A DNA stretch of 64,000 bases from Euprymna scolopes (Eukaryota), in the NCBI GenBank assembly GCA_053919585.1, contig CM132828.1; one strand, given 5' to 3'. Below the pieces are notes generated by a model. The model was not told the DNA's origin and made no database searches. It saw nothing but the letters and a program-made list of their open reading frames with translations. Both the position numbers and the translations under genes were made by a program. Shown here one piece after another: positions 51,840 to 64,000 of this stretch; within the stretch, counting starts at the first letter, position 1; each line of letters opens with the position of its first letter.

Positions 51840-54800
51840 GTAACATTAACTAACTACGCGGGGTCACAGAAATACCTGGATTAGAACCCAGGCATGGAGC
51901 AAACCCTCTCAGTACTGACGGACTCAGTAGATCTTCCCAGATCATCTGTCTAGGAGAAGGAAAACTCTGAAACTAAACCAAAGGGGAGGGAGGCCTCTTC
52001 AGTCTTGGATGATAACCTTCCTAGAGCTGGTGACTCAAACAAATTACCGGTTTGCAAACCTAATTTGCTTAAGGAGTAGATAGGTTTTGTCTATTGCCCA
52101 GCTTCCATACTCCTTCTTTGCCTATTAGTCAGGCGCAGAGACACTATCACAGTGATTCGACAGAAACACCCAGTGGTAGATCTTGTTTCTTGTCTAGGGC
52201 AACGAATGCCGTTTCCCAACTCCCGACACACCCCACCCCTAAAACTGGGCACTTGAGAGTGCTTGAGTACCACATATGCCTGAGCAATTAGATTTGGTTG
52301 ACCTTCCTCTGATGGGTTGAGGGTACCGGATTGACAGTTACTGGCTGCTGTTTCCGACTGGTAGTACAAGAGCCCTGACTCTTTGGTAGCGCTTAGAGTG
52401 GCTGCTCCATCAACAGTTATATAATATCGGGATGTTTGTAGTGCCATGTCGCGCATGGAAAGGGACCCTGCACTCATCCCCGGTGGGCTTTCCTGAGGCC
52501 ACAGTCCTAGTTGAAGAAGGGTCAGCTGATGGTCTACTTGTGATGCATGTGTGATACTCTGCATAACCTCCTGTTCAACTCCCCCTTACCTAACTAAAAC
52601 TCGTAAAAAAAAATATGATGACAGTACAATCTAAAAATAAGCTTAAACCAGGCTTAGGGTCAAACAAATCCAACTTTCCTCCTCCCTTGAGGCTTGCATT
52701 CACAAATATCCGTGGGCTTAGAACTAATTTAGCTGATGTTGAAGCATTTCTCCTAACAAATACCCTGGATATCTTAGCGCTAAGTGAGACTAACCTACAC
52801 TCCTCTATCCCTTCTAACTACTTTAACATGCCTGGATATCTCCCACTCTGCCGTAAGGACTCTGACAGACACATGCACGGACTTGGAGTTTACATTCGTA
52901 ATACCCTTCCCTTGACTAGAGAAACAAACCTAGAATCGGATGATCAAACCTTTATGTGCAACACAACGTTAACTACTTTTACTTTCTCTACCGCTCTCCC
53001 TTGACCCAAGACTGCACCATAATAAACAAAGTCTCTGACAGCATAGACACAGCACTCTCCATCGACACTAGCGCCCAAGTACATGTATTTGGTGACTTTA
53101 ATGTCCATCACAAAAACTGGCTTGGATTCTCTACTTACACAGATGCAGCAGGCAGCACAACTCATAGCTTCTCTATATCTCACCCCCTATCACAAATTGT
53201 TACTTTTCCAACCCGTTTCCCTGACCAGGAAGAATAACACGCATCACTTTTAGATCTGTTTTTGACCACAGTTCCTGATTGTATAACGAATGCCGACAAC
53301 CCACTTGGGAATGCTGATCATGCAGTGATAATGGTTGAAATCGCCCTAAACTCTAGAGCCAAAACTGAAGAGCCAGTGCTCAAAACAACGAGATATTATA
53401 AAAAGGCTGACTTGGAAGCCATTAGAGATCTTATCAGAGATGCCCCATGGGGAAATATCTTTTCTCTTCCTGCTGAACAGTGTGCAAACGAGACCACTGA
53501 ATGGTTCAAAACTGCAATCAAAGCGCATGTTCCCATGCGGAAATTTTATAGCAAGCCCCACTCTCCCCAACGGTTTACTTCGACCTGTGCAACTGCCACT
53601 GCTCAAAGGCAGCATGCATACCGCAAACTTAACCGACATAAGTCCAATTCAAACAGACAGAAGTACATAGAAGCTAGAAGTAACGTTAAGAAAGAAATAG
53701 TGACAGCTAAGAGAGAATTTATGGAAACCACTAAAAAACGCATAGAAGCACAAAAACTAGGAACTCGTGACTTCTGCAAAATCTACAACAGTGTAGTAAA
53801 TAATGGGCAATCAACAATTCCCCCACTAACCAACAATCACGAGGTTGTTTGCTCAGCAACCAAAAAGGCTAACATGCTTGCCAGTCGATTTGCCTCAAAC
53901 TCCAAACTGGACCTTTCCAACCACCCCCTACCTGAATTTCCTATGTGGACGGACGCCACGCTAGACGATCTACAAATCACCCCTGCTCAAGTACATGCTA
54001 TCATAAAAAATCTTGACACTTCAAAAGCATGTGGACCCGACCTCATCCCAGCTGTGCTATTAAAAATGTGCGCAGCTGAAGTAGCTCCAGTTCTCTCCAA
54101 ACTCTACAACAAATATCTTAATGAATCTTGTTTTCCGGGCTGTTAGAAAACTGCTTCTGTGGTACCAGTATTCAAGAATTCTGGCGAAAGAACTGACCCA
54201 TTAAATTATCGCCCCATTAGCCTCCTCCCACTTTTTGCCAAAATATTTGAGACCTTAATCAACCATGCTCTAGTCCGTCACCTTACAGATGCTAAGCTTC
54301 TGACTGACAAACAATATGGATTTAGACAAGCCCGTTCCACAGCAGACATTCTAACTGTAATCTCTGAACAGATATACTATTCACTGGACAAAGCGGGGGA
54401 GTGCAGAGTGGTAGCTCTAGATATATCTAAGGCTTTTGACAGGGTATGGCATGAGGGTCTCCTCAGGAAGATTAGATCATACGGTATCACTGGTAGAATA
54501 CTTAGCATAATTAAATCCTTCTTAGATAAGAGAAAAATCCAGATTGTCCTCAACGGTCGTACATCTAAACAATATGATATAAATGCGGGAGTGCCCCAGG
54601 AGTCTATCCTTGGACCTCTGCTGTTCCTGATATTCATAAATGACCTCCCCGACAAAATTGACTCTGACATGGGTATATATGCTGATGACACCACACTCTA
54701 TAACAGACACGACAGGAAAACAAATGAACACATATCTAAAGAAATGGCAAAAACTCTAGAAGATGACCTCCAATCTGTAGTGGAATGGGGACAAAAATGG

Positions 54801-55580
54801 ATGGTCACGTTCAATGCCGCCAAGTCTAAACTAGTTTCATTCAATAATTACAAGAAACCTTTTCTACCACCTATAGCAATGGCCAACGACTCTTTATCTG
54901 AGAGCACGTCTTTCAAGCTCCTTGGTCTAACGTTCACAGGAAACATGAGTTGGAACAATTACATCGAGGGCATTGCCAGGAAGGTGGGCTCTCTCTACCG
55001 TGCTAGAAAACTACTAACACCCAAAAGTATCCTATACCTCTATAAGGCAACCATTCACCCATGTATGGAGTATTGCTGTCATATTTGGGCTGGTGCATTG
55101 GCTACTAGTCTCGCTCCTTGACAAGGTTCAAAAGAGAGTCGCAAATCTGATAGGCTCTGAACTGGCATCTAAGCTTCAGCCTCTGTCCCATCCACGAAAC
55201 GTTGCATCCCTCTACCTGTTCTACAAGTATTATAATGGTGAATGCTCTGATGAACTGCAAGCACTTGTGCCTCCACGCCGTGAACACCCTCGACAGACCC
55301 GACAGGCTGCAAAATCCCACCCCCACATTGTAGAAGTCCCCAGATGTAAAAGATCTTTCTACTCCAGTAGTTTCTTCCCCAGAACCGCTAGACTTTGGAA
55401 TTCCATTCCAGGTCCCTGCTTCCCCAACTGTACTGACGTTCAGTTCAAGTGCAACGTGAACCGACATCTTGCTGCCCAAATCCCTACATAGTACCCCAGT
55501 AGTTGTTGCCCCTGTTAGTAGCCCCCTACACCAAAGTGGCAATGTGCCTTGTATGAGGTGAAAATGTAATAAAAAAAAAA
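51840..55580 (+). mobile_element. Near full-length single-ORF LINE of the CR1/L2 group
   Basis: ~770-bp leader, APE-RT ORF, short 3'UTR and A-tail ending ~55580. Confidence 0.88.
52615..55490 (+). pseudogene. APE endonuclease-reverse transcriptase ORF with few lesions
   Basis: TNIRGL, LALSETNL, GDFNVHH, ADHAVI; ACGPDLIP, NYRPISLL, LDISKAFDRVWH, GVPQESILGP, YADDT, EYCCHIW; about 4 stops/frameshifts. Confidence 0.92.
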
Positions 55581-56321
55581 TACTTGCCAAGTATATACAC
55601 GAGAGGAGCTTTGCGATGTGGGACATACTGTTTCCCAATAATGACAAAGCAAAACGGTTCTCATGCAGAGAGCTTAAATGTGCAAGATTCAACCTACTGC
55701 AGGAGCACCAGGGTTAGAGGAGAACCCGGGTACAAATATTTAATGCTCCTGCTGATCTACACACAAAACCACTGGGAGCCTTGCTCAGTAAGTTTGGAGA
55801 AGTAGAGCAGATGGACCTGGCATGCTCCAAAAACGATGTCCACCTGTCAAGCTATACAGTAGCAATGCAGGTGAAAAGAGAGGGCTTCCTAGGCATACCA
55901 GCAGCAATAGCCTTCAAGGAAGCCAAAATGGTGGTCGAGAGTCAACGCCCTCACAGCTCGTTTTGTTAGAAACCGGGCTACATGCCAAAGAACTGCCTCA
56001 AAAAAGCGGTTCTAAGCCAATTTGTACCACAAGTAAACACAGTTCCAGCAGCGGGGTGGCGACAGCCATTCAAACTAAGGGATCATCTTCAGCCCTTGAG
56101 TCGACAAAATGCAAGGAGACCAAGGATTAGTGGAGTAGTTGCAGGACGTAAACGGAAGAACACATCTATCTCCAAAAAAATAAGAAAAAGGCAAGCCTTT
56201 TTTCTTTCTTGATCTTTGGGACAAGATTGTGCATAAATTTTTTGTTCTCTTTTAGTTTAAGTTGTATTTTTATTAACCTGGATAAAAGATTTAATACCTT
56301 AAAGTGTAGTATCTGTTCTTA

Positions 56322-58267
56322 CTAACTTCTTTTTTCACGCAAGGCAGTTCTATTCTGACGACACATTCTCGTGCCCAGAACACAGTGACAACGTTTTGTT
56401 CTTTTTTGGGTTAGCATTCCATCTGCAACTTCCACTTTGTCTCTCATTCTCTGATCCCCCCCCATGAGGGGGAATCTGAGCTGTTAATTACGAGGGAGGG
56501 TCGGACAAACTTTCTCTCTTCCCTTCAATTAACTCCCCACTCCCTCTCTCAGTTTTATTTCCCCTCTTGCTGCCTTTGGCATCATTTTTTTTTGGCGGCA
56601 AACTTGGCTCCCCACTATGGATGCTGTCCTCACGTCACTCGTTTTATCGACATTCGAGACAGAAATCAACCAAAAGTGTCAAATGGACACCCCCAGAGGC
56701 CACCACTATGGATACTGCCACCATGGAAACAACTGCTCCCTGAGAAGACGACTCCCCATCAGGAGGAGCAAAAACACCAATACACAACAAGGCATATTGT
56801 CCAGATCAAGGGACATTACTCTGAAGGGGAAAATGTACCAGCAGCTCCCCACGAGGGCAACCCCTCTTCAAATGGGAGAAAAACCAATGTCGGACAGAGC
56901 ATCTTGCTCATACAAGAAAAAGGAAGTGGCACTAGCCCCAATGGACAATAAAGGGGACTATACACCACAGGAGGACTATTCCTCCAAAACGGAGAAAATC
57001 AGGAGAACAAGGTGGATACCGCCTGGACCTCATCAACAAGGAAGGGGCAGATGCTCCCAAGAACAACGTGGATACCGCGTGAGCCTCACCAACAAGGAAG
57101 GGGACAATGCTCCCCAATAGATGACTACCAAAAAAGGAAGCTGTTTCCAGAAGATATATCAACAAAGTAAACTCAGTCCCAAAAGAAAGCAGAAAGGGAG
57201 ATAACCCCAAAAAAGCAATACTCCCACAAAAGGATCTCACATGAGCTCTGGGAAGGCAGGAGGCATTGTCAAAAAAACTGACAGGGGCGACCTCCATTAA
57301 AGAACTCTAAAAACCATCCATCGCCAACAAGAAGGTCTGTATGGAGGAAGACAGCAGAGAAGTAACTGTCCTTTCAAGAATACAGATACCTGTACTTGAC
57401 CAAGTATAGGTAATGCATAGAAGGGGCAGAAATAAAGCCAGTGCCAGGCGCCTTGGAAGAGTAGAGTCCTGTCACTTGTCGCCTCCGACGTACCAGAAAA
57501 CCGCCTCCTGGGGAAAAAAAGGAAGACATGGTGGGGCTCTGCCACAAATTGAACTTTCCTGCACTATACGTGTACCAGAAGAGCTTCACCAACTGAGACA
57601 TCCTCCTACCCATCAAAGAGGATGCAGAGAGGCTCTTCCTCAAAGAAATCAAGCATGGGAGAGTCAAATTAATGCCTGAATACCAGGGCATAAGAAGAAA
57701 TTGGATGCAGGTATTCAATGCACCAACCGAAATATCCGCAGAACTCCTTTGATCATTCTTCAGCCAGTTTGGAGGGGTAGAACAAGTGGGCCCCAGTATG
57801 GTGAAAAACCGGCATACACCTGGGCTGCTACACAGTGGTAATAAAGCTGAAGAGAGAGGTTTCTTCCTGGCAGTACCAGTGCTGACCTTCAATGGCGCGA
57901 GCATGATGGTAGTGGTAAAAGGCTATCACCTGTCCTACTGGTTCTGCCATGAGCAGGGCCACATGGCTAAGACCTGCCCCAAAAGGTCAACCACAACTCA
58001 ACCGACACCAAAGGTGGTCCCAACCCCAAAGACAGCCCAGTGTCAGTCCAATCAAGCTGTAACAACTCCCACAACATTGGCACCAACCACTTTGCCAAGG
58101 AAAACCAGTATCGTACAGGTGACCAATGGAGAGGAATGGAGCTTAGTGATGAGCCGGGAACAGAAGCCCACAACCCCATCCACCACTATCCCACCGCCAC
58201 AACCAGCAACAACTCACCAATCGAGGCAGCAACAACAGCATCAGCGTCCACAACAGAAGATGGGTTA
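56322..58267 (+). mobile_element. Element N: 5'UTR + type-II ORF1
   Basis: ATG 56708; YWFCHEQGHMAKTC knuckle ~57935-57977; runs directly into the minisatellite. Confidence 0.8.
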
Positions 58268-61200
58268 ACAACAACAGCTGCTGCAGACAAAGCTGAAGCC
58301 ACTGAAGCAGCCACAGTAACAACAACAGCTGCTGCAGCCAAAGCTGAAGCCACTGAAGCGGCCACATTTACAACAACAGCTGCTGCAGACAAAGCTGAAG
58401 CCACTGAAGCAGCCCCAGTAACAACAACAGCTGCTGGAGCCAAAGCTGAAGCCACTGAAGAAGCCACAGTAACAACAACAGCTTCTGCAGACAAAGCTGA
58501 AGCCACTGAAGCAGCCACAGTTACAACAACACCTGCTGCAGACAAAGCTGAAGCCACTAAAGCAGCCACAGTAACAAAAACAGCTGCTGCAGTCAAAGCC
58601 AAAGCCACTGAAGCAGCCACAGTAACAACAACAACAGCTGCTGCAGCTAAAGCTAAAGCCACTGAAGCAGCCACAGTAACAACAACAGCTGCTGCAGCCA
58701 AAGCTGAAGCCACTGAAGCAGGCACAATTACAACAACAGCTGCTGCAGCCAAAGCTAAAGCCACTGAAGCAGCCACAGTAACAACAACAGCTGCTGCAGA
58801 CAAAGCTGAAGCCACTGAAGCAGCCACAGTAACAACAAAAACAGCCGCAGCCAAAGCTAAAGCCACTGAAGCAGCCACAGTAAAAACAACAGCTGCTGCA
58901 GCCAAAGCTGAAGCCACTGAAGCAGCCACAGTAAAAATAACAGCTGCTGCAACCAAAGCTGAAGCCACTGAAGCAGCCACAGTAACAACAACAGCTGCTG
59001 CAGACAAAGCTGTGTACGAGCCTTTTTCAAGTCTCACACGAAACACACATTCATATTTCAAGCTGTCATATACATATGCGCACACAAACATACGCGCCCA
59101 CGTCCACACATGTACACTTATTCACGTTCGCGTACATACACTCACATTCACGTATATATATACACACACACTTACGTATACACATGTAATCACACACGCG
59201 AACACGCACGTGGACGACGTCACTTCCGCTTTCTAAGGAAATACGCATGCGCAAAACACACTCTGGAAACGAGTATAAAACAAGGCGATAAGCTGTTTCT
59301 AACTCTCTTCAGGACCAACTTACAACGAGAGAGGTTGGGCTAACAAGCCGCCGCCATTTTGGCGCACGCGCACCTCACGCCCACTTCCTACTATGTATGG
59401 GGCACGAGCGAATGACTGTATGTATACATTCTCCCTCTTTCTCTCTCCATCTACGACTGGCCACTAAGAACACCTTCGCGTAGCTGACTACTAACTGATG
59501 ACAACTCTAATATCCTCTTCCTTGCCTACACGCTGGATTCTCATTTCCACTACAACACTCACTTCAATTCCCACGCGCGAACAAACAATAATAACCTGAA
59601 CTTGAGATGAAAACACATTTCCTATTCTTGCTACAACACCAGTTCTGTAACGAACATGGGATACATACGCGCGGACATGTTATATCAAAAACGTTCATTT
59701 CTTTCAACAGCAAATAAACAACATTTATCTTATCCATCAATTGAGTCTTTGTTTCCTTCAATTCCCATTCGTTTCATTATTCTTTTGTAACGGGATTGGG
59801 GTATTTATATATCCTAGTCCCCTACAGCTGAAGCCACTGAAGCATCCACAGTAACAACAACAGCTGCTGCAGCCAAAGCTGAGGCCACAGAAGCAGCCAC
59901 AGTAACAACAACAGCTGCTGCAGACAAAACTAAAGCCACAGGAGCAGCCACAGTAAAAACAACAGCTGCTGCAGCCAAAGCTGAAGCCACAGAAGCAGCC
60001 ACATTTACAACAACAACTGCTTCAGACAAAGCTGAAGCCACAGAAGAAGCCACAGTAACAACAACAGCTGCTGCAGCCAAAGCTGAAGCCACTGAAGCAG
60101 CCACAGTAATAAAAACAACAGCTGCTGCAGCCAAAGCTGAAGCCACTGAAGCAGCCACAGTAATAAAAACAACAGTTACAACAACAGCTGCTGCAGCCAA
60201 AGCTGAAGCTACTGAAGCACCCACAGTAACAGCAACAGCTGCTGAAGATAAAGCTGAGGCCACAGAAGCAGCCACAGTAAAAACTACAGCTGCTGCAGCC
60301 AAAGCTGAAGCCACTGAAGCAGCCACAGTAACAACAACAGCTGCTGAAGACAAAGCTAAAGCCACTGAAGCAGCCACAGTTAAAACAACAGCTGCTGCAG
60401 CCAAAGCTAAAGCCACTGCAGCAGCCACAGTAAAAAGAACAACAGCTGCTGCAGAAAAAGCTGAAGCCACTGAAGCAGCCAACGTTACAACAACAGCTTC
60501 TGCAGACAAAACTAAAGCTACTGAAGCAGCCACAGTAAAAAACAACAGCTGCTGCAGCCAGAGCTGAAGCCACTGAAGCAGCCACAGTTACAACAACAGC
60601 TGCTGAAGACAAAGCTGAAGCCACTGAAGCAGCCAGAGTAATAAAAACAACAGCTGCTGCAGACAAATCTGAAGCCACAGAAGCAGCCACAGTAACAAAA
60701 ACAGCTGCTGCAGCAAAAGCTGAAGCCATTGAAGCAGCCACAGTTACAACAGCTGCTGCAGACAAAGCTGAAGCCACCGAAGCAGTCACAGTAACAACAA
60801 AAACACCTGCTGCAGACAAGCTGAAGCCACTGAAGCAGCCACAGTAGCAACAACAGCTGCTGCAGCAAAAGCTGAAGCCACTGAAGCAGCCACAGTTACA
60901 ACAACAGCAGCTGCAGACAAAGCTGAAGCCACTGAAGCAGCCATAGTAACAACAACAGCTGCTGCAGACAAAGCTAATGCCACAGAAGCAGCCACAATAA
61001 CAACAACAGCTACTGCAGCCAAAGCTGAAGCCACTGAAGCAGCCACAGTAACAACAACAGCTGCTGCAGCCAAAGCTGATGCCACTGAAGCAGCCAAAGT
61101 AACAACAACAGCTGGTGAAGACAAAGCTGGAGCCAATGAAGCAGCCACATTTACAACAATAGCTGCTGCAGACAAAACTGAAGCCACTGAAGCAGTCACA

Positions 61201-64000
61201 GTAACAACAACAGCTGCTGCAGACAAAGCTGAAGCTACTGAAGCACCCACAGTAACAGCAACAGCTGCTGAAGATAAGGCTGAGGCCACAGAAGCAGCCA
61301 CAGTAAAAACTACAGCTGCTGCAGCCAAAGCTGAAGCCACTGAATCAGCCAAATTTACAACAACAGCTGCTGCAGCCAAAGCTGAAGCCACTGAAGCAGC
61401 CACAGTAACAACAACAGCTGCTGCAGACAAAGCTGAAGCCACTGAAGCAGCCACAGTAAAAACAACAGCTGCTGAAGACAAAGCTAAAGCCACTGAAGCA
61501 GCCACAGTTAAAACAACAGCTGCTGCAGCCAAAGCTAAAGCCACTGCAGCAGCCACAGTAAAAACAACAGCTGCTGCAGCCAAAGCTGAATCCACTGAAG
61601 CAGCCAACGTTACAACAACAGCTTCTGCAGACAAAACTAAAGCTACTGAAGCAGCCACGGTAAAAAACAACAGCTGCTGCAGCCAGAGCTGAAGCCACTG
61701 AAGCAGCCACAGTTACAACAACAGCTGCTGAAGACAAAGCTGAAGCCACTGAAGCAGCCACAGTAACAACAACAGCTGCTGCAGACGACGCTGAAGCCAC
61801 TGCAGCAGCCACAGTAACAACAACAGCTGCTGCAGCCAAAGCTGAAGCGACTGAAGCAGCCAAATTAACAAGAACAGCTGCTGCAGACAAAGCTGAAGCC
61901 ATTGGAGCAGCCACAGTAACAACCACAGCTGCTGCAGACAAAGCTGAAGCAGCCACAGTAACAACAGCTTAAGAAAAAGCTGAAGCCAATGAACCAGCCA
62001 TAGTTACAACAACAGCTCCTGCAGGCAAAGCTGAAGCCACTGTAGCAGCCACAGTAACAACAACAGCTGCTGCAGGCAAAGCTGAAGCCACTGAAGCAGC
62101 CACAGTAACAACAACAGCTGCTGCAGGCAAAGCTGAAGCCACTGAAGCAGCCACAGTAAAAACAACAGCTGCTGCAGACAAAGCTGAAGCCACTGAAGCA
62201 GCCACAGTAACAACAACAGCTGCTGCAGGCAAAGCTGAAGCCACTGAAGCAGCCACAGTAACAACAACAGCTGCTGAAGCCAAAGATGAAGCCACTGAAG
62301 CAGCCATAGTAACAACAACAACACCTGCTGCAAACAAAGCTAAAGCAACTGAAGCAGCCACAGTAGCAACAAAAGCTGCTGCAGCCAAAGCTGAAGCCAC
62401 TAAAGCAGCCACAGTTACAACAACAGCTGCTTCAGCCAAAGCTGAAGCCACTGAAGCAGCCACAGTTACAACAACAGCTGCTGCAGACAAAGCTGAAGCC
62501 ACTGAAGCAGCCACAGTTACAACAACAGCTGCTGCAGCCAAAGCTGAAGCCACTGAAGCAGCCACAGTAACAACAACAGCTCCTGAAGACAAAGCTGAAG
62601 CCGCTGAAGTAGCCACAGTCACAACAACAGCTGCTGCAGACAAAGCTGAAGCCACTGAAGCAGCCACAGTAATAAAAACAGTTGCTGCAGCCAAAGCTGA
62701 AGCCACTGAAGCAGCCACAGTGACAAGAATGGCTGCTGCAGGCAAAGCTGAAGCCACTGAAGCAGCCACAGTAACAACAAAAGCTGCTGCAGCCAAAGCT
62801 GAAGCCACTGAAGCAGCCACACATACAACAACAGCTGCTGCAGACAAAGCTGAAGCCACTGAAGCAGCCATAGTAACAACAACACCTGCTGCAGACAAAG
62901 CTGAAGCCACTGAAGCAGCCACAGTTACAACAAAAGCTGCTGCAGACAAAGCTGAAGCCACCGAAGCAGCCACAGTTACAACAACAGCTGCTGCACACCA
63001 AAGCTGAAGCCACAGAAGCAGCTACAGTAACAAAACAGCTGCTGCAGCCAAAGCTGAAGCCACTGAAGCAGCCACAGTTACAAAAACAGCTGCTGCAGCC
63101 AAAGCTTAAGCCACTGCAGCAGCCACAGTAACAACAACAGCTGCTGCAGCCAAAGCTAAAGCCACTGAAGCAGCCAAAGTAACAACAACAGCTGCTGCAA
63201 CCAAAGCTGAAGCCACTGAAGTCGCCACAGTTACAACAACAGCTGCTGCAGCCAATGCTGAAGCTACAGAAGCAGCCACAGAAACAACAACAGCTGCTGC
63301 AGCCAAAGCTAAAGCCACTGAAGCAGCCACAGTAACAACAGAGCTGCTGCAGCCAAAGCTGAAGACACTGAAGCAGCTACAGTAACAACAACAACAGCCG
63401 CAGCTAAAGCAAAGCCACTTAAGCAGCCACAGTAACAACAACAGCTGCTGCAGCCAAAGCTGAAGCCACTGAAGCAGCCACAGTTACAACAACAGCTGCT
63501 GCAGACAAAGCTGAAGCCAGTGCATCAGCCACAGTAACAACAAAAGCTGCTGCAGCCAAAGCTGAATCCACTGAAGCAGCCACAGTAACAACAACAGCTG
63601 CTGCAGCCAAAGCTGAAGCCACTGAAGCAGCCACAGTTACAACAACAACAGCCGCAGCCAAAGCTAAAGCCACTTTAGCAGCCACAGTAACAACAACAGC
63701 TGCTGCAGTCAAAGCTGAAGCCACTGAAGCAGCCACAGTAACAACAACAACAGCCGCAGCCAAAGCTTAAGCCACTTAAGCAGCCACAGTAACAACAACT
63801 GCTGCAGCCATAGCTGAAGCCACTGAAGCAGCCACAGTAAAAACAACAGCTGCTGCAGCCAAAACTGAAGCCACTGAAGCAGCCACATTAACAACAACAA
63901 CAGCCGCAGCCAAAGCTAAAGCCACTGAAGCAGCCACAGTAAAAACAACAGCTGCTGCAGCCAAAGCTGAAGCCACAGAAGCAGCCACAGTTACAACAAC
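58268..64000 (+). repeat. 51-bp minisatellite (~95 units, runs off window end)
   Basis: Unit ACAACAACAGCTGCTGCAGCCAAAGCTGAAGCCACTGAAGCAGCCACAGTA (reads TTTAAAAKAEATEAATV); interrupted at 59013-59826. Confidence 0.96.
59013..59826 (+). mobile_element. Solo LTR (814 bp) inserted in the minisatellite
   Basis: TGTA...TACA termini, 4-bp TSD GCTG (59009-59012, 59827-59830), TATAAAA 59274-59280, AATAAA 59713-59718. Confidence 0.85.

Larger units (their letters stand above)
51181..56300 (+). mobile_element. K-like ORF1-only derivative split by the LINE insertion (51181-51839 + 55581-56300)
   Basis: CCAGAAACTG | ..CCAAGTATATACAC is continuous in other copies (e.g. 39661-39695); same short tail as K. 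Confidence 0.78.

Noticed and set aside
58186-63988. Long Ala/Val-, Cys/Phe- and Leu/Gln-rich ORFs on the minus strand
   Set aside because: By-products of the 51-bp codon-phased repeat; no unique domain or gene context.

Overview
Animal (probably invertebrate) genomic DNA made almost entirely of nested transposable elements and tandem repeats; I see no host protein-coding gene. 1-17.2 kb holds a Ty1/copia fragment, a Penelope-like insertion with a hammerhead ribozyme, an AT-rich ~135-bp satellite with a fold-back inversion, a degenerate two-LTR Ty3/gypsy element, a 5S-rRNA-derived SINE with TSD, Helitrons and several MITE/foldback elements. 17.2-58.3 kb is a train of decayed Tx1/L1-clade non-LTR retrotransposons of at least three ORF1 types. 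At least 11 of their 3'-end/5'-end joints carry the same 21-23-nt piece of U2 snRNA, TCAAAGTGTAGTATCTGTTCT(TA), the branch-point recognition region. This motif is usually followed by a complementary branch-site mimic (TACTAC/TACTAAC), a pyrimidine tract, AG and a conserved multi-hairpin leader. The train is partly arranged as a ~14-kb mirror duplication and hosts a CR1/L2-group LINE and a solo LTR. From 58.3 kb to the end is a 51-bp minisatellite grown out of an ORF1 tail, carrying a second solo LTR. The best candidate for a new system is the U2-derived joint shared by several retroelement families. All coordinates were read by eye; family names come from motif recall, not database searches.
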